A DNA stretch of 64,000 nucleotides from Azolla caroliniana (lineage: Eukaryota; Plantae; Polypodiophyta), in NCBI GenBank assembly GCA_043228905.1, contig JBHGNT010000012.1, positions 1,302,001 to 1,366,000 on the forward strand, given 5' to 3'. Positions within the stretch are counted from its first letter, which is position 1; the number at the start of each line of letters is the position of its first letter. This document shows positions 49,986 to 62,874 of the stretch, piece by piece. The notes beneath the pieces were generated by a model. That model was not told the DNA's origin and made no database searches. It was given only the letters and a program-made list of their open reading frames with translations. The translations under genes were made by a program, and so were the position numbers.

Positions 49986-52520
49986 TAGCCAAAAGTGGCT
50001 AACTGCCATGCAAGAAGAGATGGATTCCTTGCATGAGAACCACACATGCGAATTGACTGAGATGTCAAAAGGGAAGAGCGCACTACGGAATAACTGGGTG
50101 TACAAGTTGAAACCGGGAGATGGCGAAATCCACCAACGTATAAAGCCCGAATCTTGGTGAAAGGCTTCCAGCAAAAGAAGCAAAAGAAGGGTGTGAATTT
50201 CGACGAGATATTTTCCTTGGTAGTGAAGATGACATCCATCCAAATGGTGTTGAGCATAGCAGCCAACATGGATCTCGAAGTCAAACAAATGGATGTCAAG
50301 GCAGCGTTCTTGCATGGCAATCTCAAAGAGGAGATATACATGCAAGAGGAGATTTTCTCATCCTCCTGTTGTATGTTGATGACATGTTGATTGTCGGACA
50401 AGACCTGAGGAAAATCAGAAGCTTGAAGAAGGCCTTGAGTAGGTCGTTCTCGATGAAAAATATGCACATTGTTATGGATCGAACAAAGAAATTGTTATGG
50501 TTGTCACAGGAGAAGTATGTGACCAAAGTGCTCCAGAGATTCGGCATGGAAAGCGCGAAACCGGTCGGCTCGACACTACCAATAAATTGTAAGTTGTCCA
50601 GAAGCCAAAGTCCGAAATTGAAAACCGAGAAGGCCGAGATGTCAAAAGTCCCTGATGCGTTGGCAGTTGGAAGCTTGATGTACACAATGATTTGTACCAG
50701 GCCAGACATCATATACGTTGTCGGAGTTGTCAATCAATATATGAGCAATCCCGGAAGAGAGCATTGGGTTGTTGTGAAGTGGATACTGCAGTACCTAAGA
50801 GGCACCTCGAGCGTGTGCCTCCGATTCGGCTCAGGCAACCCCACATTGGAGGTTATCTTGATTCGAACATGTCGGCTGATGTGGACACCAGCTGATCCAT
50901 ATCCGGATATGTAGAGACATATGCAAGGGAAGTTTTCTTGTGGCAGTCGAGGCTACATAGTTGGGAATTCGACAAGAGGAATTCCGACTCCACTGCGATA
51001 ACCAGAGTGCCATCCACCTTGAGAAGAATGCCGCCTACCACTTGAGGACCAAGCACATCCAAAGAAGATATCATTGGCTCTGAGAGCGAGTAGAATAGAA
51101 GGAGTTTGCTCTAGTAAAGGTGCATACAATGAAGAACGGGTTGGACATGCTAACGAAGGTGCTGTCCTCCAGATGGGAAGAAGAGAACGAACCGAATCAA
51201 AGACACATGGGTAATCCGGCCGAGGTCGGGCAAAATCGAAATCGAAAATTGATTTAATGGCTGATTCAGGAGACTATATTTGTAAATAGTCTAAATGTGC
51301 CCCTTGTGGGCTATACCTGTAAATAGCTAGAAAGTTGTATTAGTATAAATACAACTAGGGCAAAGTATATCAGAGAATTAGTGGTTATATAGTTAGAGAA
51401 GGTAGTTGCCTTCATAACTGTGAGTGAGTGAGAGAGTGAGTGAGAGTAGTAACTCCCCAGTCGTTGTTGCGGTAATCCGCGAGTATGTGTCAAAAGGGGC
51501 CACGGGGTCTCGGACAAGGAAGAGATGGATGCCGGGAGACCGACCCTCTCCGGTCCCGGCTGCACCAGCTAGGGCGCAAACCGAAACGATTCCGGACGCG
51601 TATCGAAGGCTATCAAACACGAGAGAGGGAGGGAGAGAGAATACGTGCAACACCGACTCGACACACACTACTAATGTACAAAAAAGGAAAGAAGAAACTC
51701 TAAAGACGCAGACACAGACACAGATGCACAAAACTTCATTATATATGTACAAGAGTAAGATACAACTCCGGCTTCGAGCCGGACCAAGGTAGGTTAGGTT
51801 ACAACAACAGTCTACTGCCAAGCTGCCAATAGGGGAGCTCTCGAGCTCGTCGCGCCGAGTGGGGTCTTGCACAGGAGACAAGGCAGAAGCCTAAACCCCT
51901 TTAGACATACGAGCTCCTACCGGACTAAACCCTAAACAGACACGAAGACTCAACCCACACGACGAAGAAGAAGAAGAAGACCTCAAAGAACCCTAACAGA
52001 AACAAGAAAGTAAGAAGAAGAAAGATTATCATACATTGGACCTAATGGTATACCCTCCTAACTCAAAATGGGCAACCCTTTCGCAAGGGACCCTCCCTTC
52101 CTTTTATAGCCCAAGGAGGGAGGGACGTTACAATGTGGGATAAATCCTCCCCCTTATTCTATACACTATTTTCCTACTATACATGTGCACATGTTGCACA
52201 ATGCCGACTTGCCCATTCCATCCCGGTTTCATACCAAAGCCGGAAATCTTCACGACACCGTCTGTCTAACAAAGGAGTGTTGAAGGTTGTTGCCTTGGAA
52301 CTTCTCATTGTACAACTCTCCTTATAGTGATTCGTTCGGAGTTCGAGGACTCCCGTGGTTTTTCCCTTTCGGGTTTTCCACGTTAAATATCCGTGTCTCG
52401 TTTATGAGTTTCTCATTTTTTGTTCTTTCTTTTATGTGCAATACCTTGCTCATTTTTCTTTGCACCTGAACAAGAGAATAAGAGGAGTGAAACTGGTTGT
52501 GGCCAATTACGATCCTAACA
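49986..52520 (+). mobile_element. decayed copia RT/RNase H fragment plus 3' LTR, related to the 42035-47559 element
   Basis: KWLTAMQEEMDSL, QMDVKAAFLHG, YVDDML, AVGSLMY. LTR motifs ACTCCCGTGGTTTTTCCC...GGGTTTTCCACGTTAA are shared with 42590-42630; ends CCTAACA at 52520. Confidence 0.8.
51488..52257 (-). repeat. probable solo LTR nested in the decayed copia LTR
   Basis: Ends AAATCTTCACGACA; similar to 7455-8168; host LTR resumes after 52258; TSD not resolved. Confidence 0.55.
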
Positions 52521-52581
52521 GTTGGGCATGGACTCATGGGGAGGGACCATGTTCTTCTTGGGAGACTTCACAATTGATTTC

Positions 52582-55500
52582 ATGAAATTAGTCACATGGA
52601 ACGTACAAGGACTAGGCGGTAGCAAATGCATGATGGAGAGGAAGAACTTCCGTCAAGAGTTCAAATCTCAAGCTTTACGGGGATCCTGAACATTTTGCTC
52701 TTGCAAGAGCACCATTTGAGTGCGAACAGAATCTTGAGTATTGGCAATCCTCTTGCGGGAGATTGACATACTTTTGGTCCCCGGCTCAGGGTAAGCATGG
52801 TAGAAAACGAGATGTTTGTACATCTATCAAGAATAATCTAGATACTATTGTTGTGGACTAGGACACCATATTGGAGGGACATGCCATGTATGTGACTATT
52901 AGATGGCATCAATGTATCGTTGGGATAATAAATGTGTATGTGCCCAATTAGTTAGCGACACGGGTCCTTTTTTTAATTGGTCGATGGCCTGCCTATTGCA
53001 AATGCGTGGATCCTCGTAGGGGATTTTAACATGACTTTACACACAGAGGACAAGATGGGGGGCATGCATACGGTGGTGCAGGGATCAGAGTTATTTGCAT
53101 GGGATTTGCTGATGGGTAGAATGGGAGTGAAAGATGCTTGGTATGTACTAAAATAGCCTCGGAACTCGCTAAGCTTCTCAAGAGCAGGTTGCAATATAAA
53201 TGGTTTTTGTATGCCTCGCATAGACAAAATATACATAAGCTCGGAAGTAAAAAAATATGGCAGCAATGTTGAAATCATCGCAGGTTCGGCTTACTTTGAT
53301 CATATGTCGGTTAAGATTACGCTGGTCAATCAGAGGAGGCAAAAAACGGACTACAACCTGAGGATCAGCAATAAACTTTTTGAGGATGCGGAGGTGGAAA
53401 GGAAGATAAGGACTATATGGGAAAGTAATCCAGCTGGTTGTGGTGCACTTGATAAACTTTGAGGAAAGATTATTGAAACTTCAATGTATTTGCATGTCAA
53501 AGAGACTAAAAATAGAATTGTGAGGTCTAAGGAAAGAGAAATGAGATTAAGAAGATCGATCGCAGTTGCCCAAAGAGTGCTTAAGAAAAATCCCAAGTTT
53601 CACTGGTCTAGAGCAGGTCTTGAGGCTACTAAAGAAACACTACAACGGTTGATTATGTCTAGAAACAAGATGTTATTTAGGAGTTCATCAGCATGGTGGA
53701 GCATGAATGGGGATAAGGTGAACCAACAATTTTTTTAGTATAAAAAGCCGAGAACAAACGGTAGCTACAATCATAAGCTGATTAAGGAGGATGGTTCACT
53801 ATCGGAGGATGTATCGGAGTTCATGGAGGCGGTCACAACTCATTATAGTGGGCTACTCTCATTTAGTTATAGTATCCCCGAACAGTCTTCACTTAGCAGA
53901 ACTTGTATTGAAGGGAATGCAAGAAAGCATTTATGAGGTTGCACAAGTTAATTTGTCCAGGCCACTCTTGGAAGAGGAGGTGTCAGATGCTTTGGTGGGT
54001 ATATGTAGAACGTCTTGTCCGAGCGTTGACGGATTATCAAGAGAGTTTTTTGAAAATTTTTGGGAAGTGATTAAGGTTGCCTTGGTTGCTAGTCTAAATG
54101 AGGCATGGGATGTTGGGTGCTTACCTGAGCATTTTAAAGAGGGGTTGATCTTTCTAATTCTTAATGTACATGGTATAATAACTTATGTGAGGCAATGGAG
54201 ACCAATCGCCTTGCTCAACACAATCTATAAGATTTTTGCTAATATTCTGGCTAAGAGGGTCAAACCCCACTTGCATGCACTAATTAATGTTGGACAAACA
54301 AGATTCATGGAAAATAGATGTATAATTGATAATGTGTTGACCTTTTGGGAGGCGATTTCCTTGGCAAAGAAAACCAATCAACATATTGGATGTCTTATGC
54401 ATGACTTCGAGAAGGCATATGACAGAGTACAATGGCCTTTTTTAAACAAAGTCATGGAGAGGTTGGGACTACCCTCAAAATGGAGATCAACTGCGTTGGC
54501 CCTTTACAAAGGAAACCTGAGTAGGGTGTTGGTGTTAGGGCATCGGGGCCCACCAATTCCATTATGCAAGGGTGCCCGTTGGCCCCCTACCTTTATTTAT
54601 TTATTTCAGAGTCATTCTCTTTCTTTTTAAACAAACCGGATACAGGAATAAGGGTATTAGTTGTCCCACATGTGTGCAAGGATTTGTTGGACTCAACATA
54701 TGCATATGACACTATGCTCTATTTGCAAGGCAATGACGCTAATTTACGGTAGGCCGAAAGATGGATTGAGTTGTTTTGTAAAGCATCAGGAGGGAAAATT
54801 AATTGGAACAAAAGCAGACGGTTTTGGGTAAGTCCAAACCCATGGCCGCTTTGGTGCCCTAATGCTGAATTTCAATGGGCCCCCAATGGAAAGGTTGTTA
54901 AATATTTTGGGCTTTTTGGTGGGAGTTGAGATTCAGAAAAATCAGCAGCTTAAGCAAGTGAAAGACAAAATCAGAAAAAAGCTTCGGTTATGGGCATTAG
55001 TAAAGCTTTCCCTTGCAAGTAGAGTGGTTGTGGTAAACCACATTTTGCTTGCCACCATGTGGCACTCGTTGGCATGCTAGATGTTAGACAAACCTTTCAT
55101 CAAAAACATTAAGGCAATGGTGAGAGGGTTCCTTTGGTTGGGTAGAGACCATGCGACAATGTCAGCTAAAGTGGCGTGGAGTTATTTGATCAAGGCGAAA
55201 AATCAGAGTGGACTTGGGCTGGTGGATCCGGTTCACCAAAGTAAGGCTTTACTCGATAAGCTCCTGGTGCGAAGTCTACAACCCAGACCAGAATTGTGGA
55301 AGTTGCTTCTTAGGGACAGAGCTGAACTCTAGTGTCCGAGGAATGGCGGCCCTTGGAAGGCAAAGAAGTGGTGGTTGTTTACTCCAGGCCTAAAGTTCTT
55401 AGAGACAGAGCTAAACTCTAGTGCCCGAGGAATGGCAGCCCTTGGAAGTAAAAGAAGTAGTGGTTGTTCAGTCCAGGCCTAAAGTTAAAAGAACCGACTA

Positions 55501-57166
55501 GCATGGAGGACAGGGTGGCCCGCACCATCATGAGGGTCTGGTCAAGTTTAAGAGATGGGTTGGTCTTCAATGCAGCCGAAAAGAATGGAAGAACAACTCC
55601 AACAACCGTTGTTTTGGAACCCTAGGGTTTGAAGTGAAGACTGTATGATGCTTGGCCAGAAAAAATATTTGCCATGGGGGCAGATGTTAGGGTACAATGT
55701 TAGTTCAGTAAGAGACTATGAGGTTTTCAAAATGAAGACAATGGAGGGTCATGCTGGTAGTACTTTGTTTACTAGCAGGCCAAAAAAGGTGACTCAGTTG
55801 ATAGATAAGGTTGTTGATGGTCTAGCTAGGTTGAATGGTGAAGAGGGGGTTTGGTTTGGGTGGTTTTAGGTGAGGATGATGCACAAATTATTTGTGGCAG
55901 GTGCCCATCTAATGAGTATTGTTTGTGGGGCAACCTAAGTGCTTTGACAGACAATGGCTAGTGGTTGGTAGTGAGGTGGTAGTGTTGGAAGGTAAGAAGT
56001 GGCAAGTAAACCTAGACCCCGAGAAGCTGGAAACTGATTGTAAACTCTGGATAGTTGACAACAAGGCCTTATGTGATTTGGAGTGGGATCCACTAGAGGT
56101 ATGGTGGCAGTCTGGCAGAAATTGGGAACGAACAAACTAGAAAGGTTTTTTGAGTACAGTACTAAGCTAGGAAGGAAAATCATTGGCTCCAAATCAATGG
56201 GCGTTGCTCAAACTCGCAATAGCTGGAGGGATAAGGGCATATCTTATGACTTGTTGAATTCGTTTTGGAGGAGGCTATGGGCATTCGATATGCCAAAAAA
56301 AATAAAGTTTTGGATGTGGCTTCTTAGCCATAAGGCGGTATCTATGGGGGAGTGGTTGAGGTGTCGTGGTGGGGACGCTGGTTGCAAGATATGTGGACAC
56401 TCTTTGGAATCGATTCCTCACTGTTTTTGGAATTGTGTAGAGGCGATTAGCATTTGGGGTAGAAGTCTTAGGATCGTCGCAACATGCGGTGTGAATGGGA
56501 GAGTTGTATGGGGGTCCTTCCAGGGGCTGAAGTTAACAGGGGAAGGTTGGGAAGGTTGGATGGAATAGTTAAACCCCCATGGTCATCAATTTATAGTGCA
56601 AGGTGGCAATGTGTTTCAATGTGTTGGAGTTCGACCTAGCACAAAATCTGAATTTTTTGAGGAGATATGGATGATGGTGGCTTGCTTAATAGTCTGGCAC
56701 ATTTGGACCAGGCATTGTAAGTTTGTTTTTCAATAGCACAAGCTCCCAAGTGGTGAGGTGTTGTTAAACATATGGTTCGACCTAGTATCTTGGTTGCAGG
56801 GATGGTACGATTCGATTCCGGGGGAATTGGATGAAGCAGAAAGAGCTCGGTCAAAGTTTTTGTGGAAATGGGGCAGTTCTCCTATGGTGGTCAGATCATC
56901 AATGGAACTACCAAGCACCCAGATGATTGTTTCCGCCAATGGCTTCCATTAGTGACCAAGAGATGTAAATATCTATAGTTGTGTTACAAGGTAGTTACCA
57001 TGTTAAAAGAGTTGATGGGGTACTTTTGTTGTTACAGTAAATGAGGGGGTGGGAACTATGATCACTTTGGTGAGAAGACCAGAGTGAGTTTTGCTGAAAT
57101 TTGTTGGTCTTTGATGTACTTTGTTTGCTAACCAACGCGAAGTAGTGTTTTTTTGGAAAAAAAAAC
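52582..57166 (+). pseudogene. decayed L1 ORF2, 3' UTR and poly(A) remnant
   Basis: MKLVTWNVQGLGG, LLQEHHL, GDFN, RIDKIY, QWRPIALLN, DFEKAYD, QGCPLAPYL, CKIC...HCFWNC. Collinear with the 37882 ORF2; many stops; ~101-bp tandem duplication near 55310-55500. Confidence 0.88.
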
Positions 57167-59241
57167 AAGAAACATGTACGTATTTTTGTAAATATATGCA
57201 TACCAAGCATGATGTCATACCATTTTGCTGATAAATTATCGGCCCCTCTTACATCAATGTTATGAGTTTCAACTAGTATATTTCCGACTTCACGCCTACA
57301 ATTCTTCATTTTCCAATACTTGCACAATTCTAACTACCAATCACTTATTAGATTACATGAAGGATGCCATACTTATGGTTGGCGTCGGGATGACTATAAG
57401 GAATCCTTAAGTGTTGCCTTCTCACAAGCCATTCAAACCTCTTATGTCTACCTTTGAATGTACTTTTCGCACCAAACTAGTTTTATTGCCCTTATTGTGC
57501 CAATGGTCTCACTTTACTTGGAATTCAGGGTGAGGGGGGTTAGTTACCAATATGTTGATTGTCCTTTCTTACTATTCTCAATGCTCCACATGGAGTGGTT
57601 ATGTGTACTTCGTTACAATATTTATATTGTAGACCATGTTTAGCTTATTGTTTACAAACCCTTTCTTGCCTCCGCAAACCAAAAGCATTGAATAAGATAG
57701 CACAATACAAAGGAAAAGGGCAGGCGAATATTGTTGCTTATAATACAATGATTAGGTTTTGTAGGATACAATGTCAAGTTTACAACTACCTCTCTATATA
57801 TATGCTACATTGGTTGATATTTATAGTGGTTTTGCAAGTCACCATCCCATAATTTGACTTTAAAGTTAGATACATTGATTGACTTAACTCGCAATCACTT
57901 TCCTCCTGAAACTCCTATTGGAGGGACTTTGTATTGTACACTTTACATGTCAAACCCATTAAATGACCAACAAATACATATATGCATCATATATATTGAC
58001 ATCTAATACAACTTTTGAGTAAACGCTTCACTCAAACATAAAGATGCCATGACTTTGTATGGGTTGTTGTTGATTGACTAACAATATATACTGAGTACAT
58101 TACAAGTATTGTTTGAATTATTTGGTATGATTGTCTATATTCCCTTGCCCTGGATATTTTGGTATCGGTTTATTTATGTGGGTGGATTGGTCACAAGAGG
58201 AATGTTATTCTTTCGTTGTCTATTTGTTCTTAGTTTGAGCATTTAGTTTGTGTTCCCTAGGGCTCTATCTCATGACAATGTTGTCTTTGGGAATACCTTT
58301 TGATGTGAATGTTTGTTGATTGGTGGACATCTCTCAACACAATGGTAAGAAAGTTTCTCTTTTAAGGTTTCCTCCTATGATGTATCCCTTGGGGTGGCAT
58401 GGTCAAATTTCCTAATGGCCTTACATTCATATGAGAGTTTTGGCTAGATTGTGCAAGACCTAAGCTCCAACAATGGTCTCTTGTACACTAGAATCTTCAT
58501 GATTGGTTTGCAATTTCATTATGTTAAGGCTTATCGATGGAGTTGGTCAAACCCAAAACTAATCGATCAATGATTTAGCTTCTTGAGCCATCGTGGGCGG
58601 TGGTTTTCAACTTCTAAATTCTTGAGAATCACTTAAGTTTAGGAATTGCCTACATAATATGTCTAATCAAACACAAATACTTATCAGAGTTTGCTTCATT
58701 AAAATATACAACTTGTCAAAGTTTAAAATCTCATTAGAATCTTGCTTTGATGGTTCACGATTCATCCAATATAGAAATTGTTGAAGTTAAGATCAAAGTT
58801 TGGTGACGCACGAAAGCTTTGTTATTTGATCAACTTTAAGGGCATACGGTGGGTGTTACCTCTAGGGATGTGCATTGACAATTAACACGTTCGCGTTCAC
58901 AAGTGGAAGGATCGCGCATAAATGGAAGGATAAGGGAAATTTTAGGGGTTTTTCAATGATTTTACAAAACACATTGATACCAGTATCATACATGTTCAAA
59001 CATACTATGAAAAAGGTTAAAAATCCACTATTTTCGTGATTTAGAAGTAACTAGAAAAAGACGAATGTCAAAAAGATACATTCTCAATTTATATCACAAA
59101 CTTCACAACCAATGTTATTTTATAAGAAACAATTTTTTAGAAATCATAAGAATTCAAAACACATGATTTTATATTACTCGATTTGTTACAAGCGGAATGT
59201 AGTTACACTTAATAGCCAAATATACATTCATGATCACTCCT

Positions 59242-62022
59242 TTACGGAGAATCACTACTATAACTAATATACAATGACGATTCCTCCTCATCATCCTCGG
59301 ATGTACCAATCAGTGCATTATCTTCGTCATAAACCAAATGGTTTGACTCTAGATTATATGTAGCAGATCTCGTTTGCCTTTGACTCGAGCCACCTTGTAG
59401 ACCTGGTAATTTTTCTTTTATTATATCTATTGTTGACTTCCTTAATCATCCGGCTTTTGTAAGTGTGAAGTCGTACACGATGATATCCACATCAGAGATA
59501 TCAAGGGTCGAGGTGTTACGAATGTTTCGCTTCCTCTTCCTACCTCCCCTTCTTGTTTGGCATTCAATCATCTCCAATGTATACTTACCTGTAAAAGCAT
59601 TTGCACTTCTAGTGTTGTACCAATGAACATTTATAGACTTGATCGTGTTTTCTATTTCATGCATTAGCACTTCTAGAATTTTACCAACCCAAAATTGGTG
59701 GCCATGTGAGTTCTCATCAGTCGGTGTTGCAATCAACATCCCTGCGGTGAGCTCTTGCAAATTTCCTTGCCATCTAGCTTCGGCTGCTTTGGTCATCCTT
59801 GGTCCCACATAAATGTCTCTTTGTTGTGGATGGACCAAGCTGTCATTAATCGCATTTACTAGTTGCTCCGGACTTCTATTTACGCGATCATGTTGCAACG
59901 ACCATGTGAATGGCGTTTCCAAATTCCAATTATCAACAGATACACAATTGTCTATAATTTCTTTCTGATCACTATAAAATTCATCCCACCATGATGTGTC
60001 TTGTTGTGCGGCATATTTCTTGGCGGCCTCAATATGCTTTCTTTTTTCTTCTAAGGCTTGGAGCCATGACCGTTTTTGTTCTGATACCAAGTCGCTCTGC
60101 AACTGTCCTTTCTTCTCAATTGGCATTTGCTTAGCTCCATGGACAATTGTACTCGGCATACAAAGTAATAACTGGCAACCACCTTCAGGTTCCCATGTTG
60201 TAGAAGATGAATATTGTTTGGCATACAAAAGTGTAGAACCACTTATTCCATTTTTCTTTATCAAAAAAATGTGATTGAAACTTATATTGTTTAACTGAGC
60301 AAGCACTTTAACATTCCCACCACCCCCATCTAATATATATCTCTTAAAGTCATATACCTCCTTCAAGTGTAACACTTTTGGGCGTGGTGTATAAGCATCA
60401 CAAATGACATCAAATAGTTTAGGTAAAGTGAAAGCATCATGCCGAGACAACTGTCTGGAGAATGTGCTAAACATCTGATCTATATGGTCATGTGTGTGGC
60501 CAACCAAAAGGAAATTGACTTTCACTTTCCTAAACAATTCTAGGTTGACCAACATACTTAGATAGCCAAATACAATTGAATTTTTGTTCTCTCTAGCAGT
60601 ATTGTCCAATTGAATGTATAGAACAGGGGGGAAAGGTTGTCCCCAAGACATCAAAACTCGGTGAATCACTGTAACTGTTAGGTTAGGGTCATTGTGAACA
60701 TTGGGGTAAGTAATGAAGACGTGAGGTCGAACAGACCTATTATAAGCCAAGCATCCCACCAAGTGCATTTGAACAAGGCACTCATCATTGACATCTTTGG
60801 GGAGCCTCCGCATATGCGGCAAGCATGTCTTCTTCTGGTCCATGCCATCTATCATTAAGCACATGTATTGTTCGGGCCTCTTCAAACACTTCTCTCTATG
60901 ATGCATCGCCTTCCTTCGTTCTAAGGATTGTGCCTCACGATGCTCTTGTAGTAACTTCTTACTCGTATCCTTTTCCATTGATGTCTTTGCACCTTTAGCC
61001 AAACTTTTAAGATTTGCACAAATGGAGCAATACCCCATACGTACTTTACGAGGAATAATAACATTTGAAAACCGAGCTCTCCATAATCTTGTGAATTGGC
61101 TATATGTGATCGACTTATTACGTGAGCCTAGCATATAAGATCGATAGACATCATAAACTTCCCGACGTGTATAATTATCAGAAAGATGCATCCTACCTGT
61201 AGTGGGCATTACTTCACAATTTAACTGAAAGTAAGTTTTCATCCAGCCAATAGCTAGTCTTCCAATTGCACCTTTCATACTTGGAACCTCTTTACAATTG
61301 AGCATATGATCCCCGCTAAGTAGACGTTGTTGTACTCTATGTAGCCGCATGTTACTAACACATAACGCAATTTTGAATGCAACTCTACATATCTGTTGTG
61401 CATGGAAGATATAATACTCGAATGATACTTTGATCCCCGTACATTTGTCGGATACTAGTTGCATATGTGACCCGAGGTAAGTGTCTTGCTCATCACCGGT
61501 CATCGAAAAATAGTATCGCCTTAATTCTCGCAACTTTGATTTTCCAATCATAGACATACAACCACGGGCACAACATATTTTGTTGACATCAAATCCAATC
61601 TGTTTATCTGATGTCACCAAGCTAAATCTAGCTAGACGAATTCTTCGTGGGATTCTTCTAATATGCATAGGGCTCCCAGATTTCTCTTCCTGCATAGAGG
61701 TTGGTGTAACCTTGTTACAGTCTAATTCTTTGCTGTGACCATCGCCAATGTTATTCAATGTTTCCTGGGCACTTCCTTCATTCTCGGTATCTTTATTAAT
61801 ATTGTATTCTTCAATAGAGAACTCTTCACATGTGTCATTATTTACATTCCCTGTAGATGAGCTCAGACAATATTCTTCGATAGAATATGGTGAGTCGGTC
61901 GACAGACAATATTCTTCAATCGAATATGGTGACTCTGATGACAAACAATACTCTTCAGTAGAAAACGATGGGTCTGATGACAAACAATATTCTTCAATCG
62001 AGAACGGTGAATCTTCACTCAT
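59242..62022 (-). CDS. Sola-like (DUF7869-type) DDD transposase; 858 aa to TGA at 59446, frame open a further 68 codons to 59242
   Basis: LMIDGMDQ...YIQLDNTARENKN...FLLVGHTHDHIDQMFS catalytic-triad pattern; Cys motifs CCARGC, ICRVAF, CSIC; intronless. Confidence 0.75.
61860..62019 (-). repeat. 39-bp coding tandem repeat x4
   Basis: Encodes (S)P(F/Y)SIEEYCLS(S/T)(D/E) units at the transposase N-terminus. Confidence 0.9.
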
Positions 62023-62874
62023 GGCTTAAGGTCTAGATAGGGCTCTCTAAGTTATGGGCTTAGGGGAAAGAAAAAAACTAATAACCTCCTCTCTAAACAT
62101 ATACTCCTCTCTAAACATAAACTTCTCTCTAAACAAAAGCCAAATCAATAGAATGTCTATATTATGTAATATTCTATTAATACAATACATCAAAAAATTA
62201 TTTTTAATAAAGTAATTGTACTTAAAATATCAATTATTATATAAACTAGATCTATATAAAGTTAAATCAAGTAAAATATAAAACTAATCATTAACAAGCC
62301 ATGAATATGTTGGATTAATGTTAAAATCATTGGCTAATTAATGGCACCCATTTTAATATAGAACGTCTCACTCATTGGTTCTTTAATGCTCACCATTTTA
62401 AATATTAGACTTATCAATCATTGGTTAATTTATGCCCACATCTTTAATACACAACATTTGAGAGTCATAAAAATTGTTGGTTTTAGTAATCAATCATTGG
62501 TACATTCATGAACCTCTATCATTGTCTCATTCATAACCTTTGAAGTCATTGTAGGTTGTTATGACTATAAAAGATTGATCAATATGGTAGTTTGACTTTG
62601 TAATCATTAATACAATCATAAGTTACTCTAGTTAATGTGACTATGGTTACCAACTAACTATGCTCAAAGTTACCAACCTTGGTTAAGGTGACTATGGTTA
62701 CTTTAACCAATGTGTTCAATCCCTATAAATAGGAAGACCTCGTCATATTTCACTCACCAGAGCGTACAGAGCATACAGAGCACACAGAACGTAGAGAGCA
62801 CACAAAGCACACAAAGCACACAGAGCACAAAGCACGAAAGCGCGATCTCCGCCTCCACTTCCACACGATCAAAC

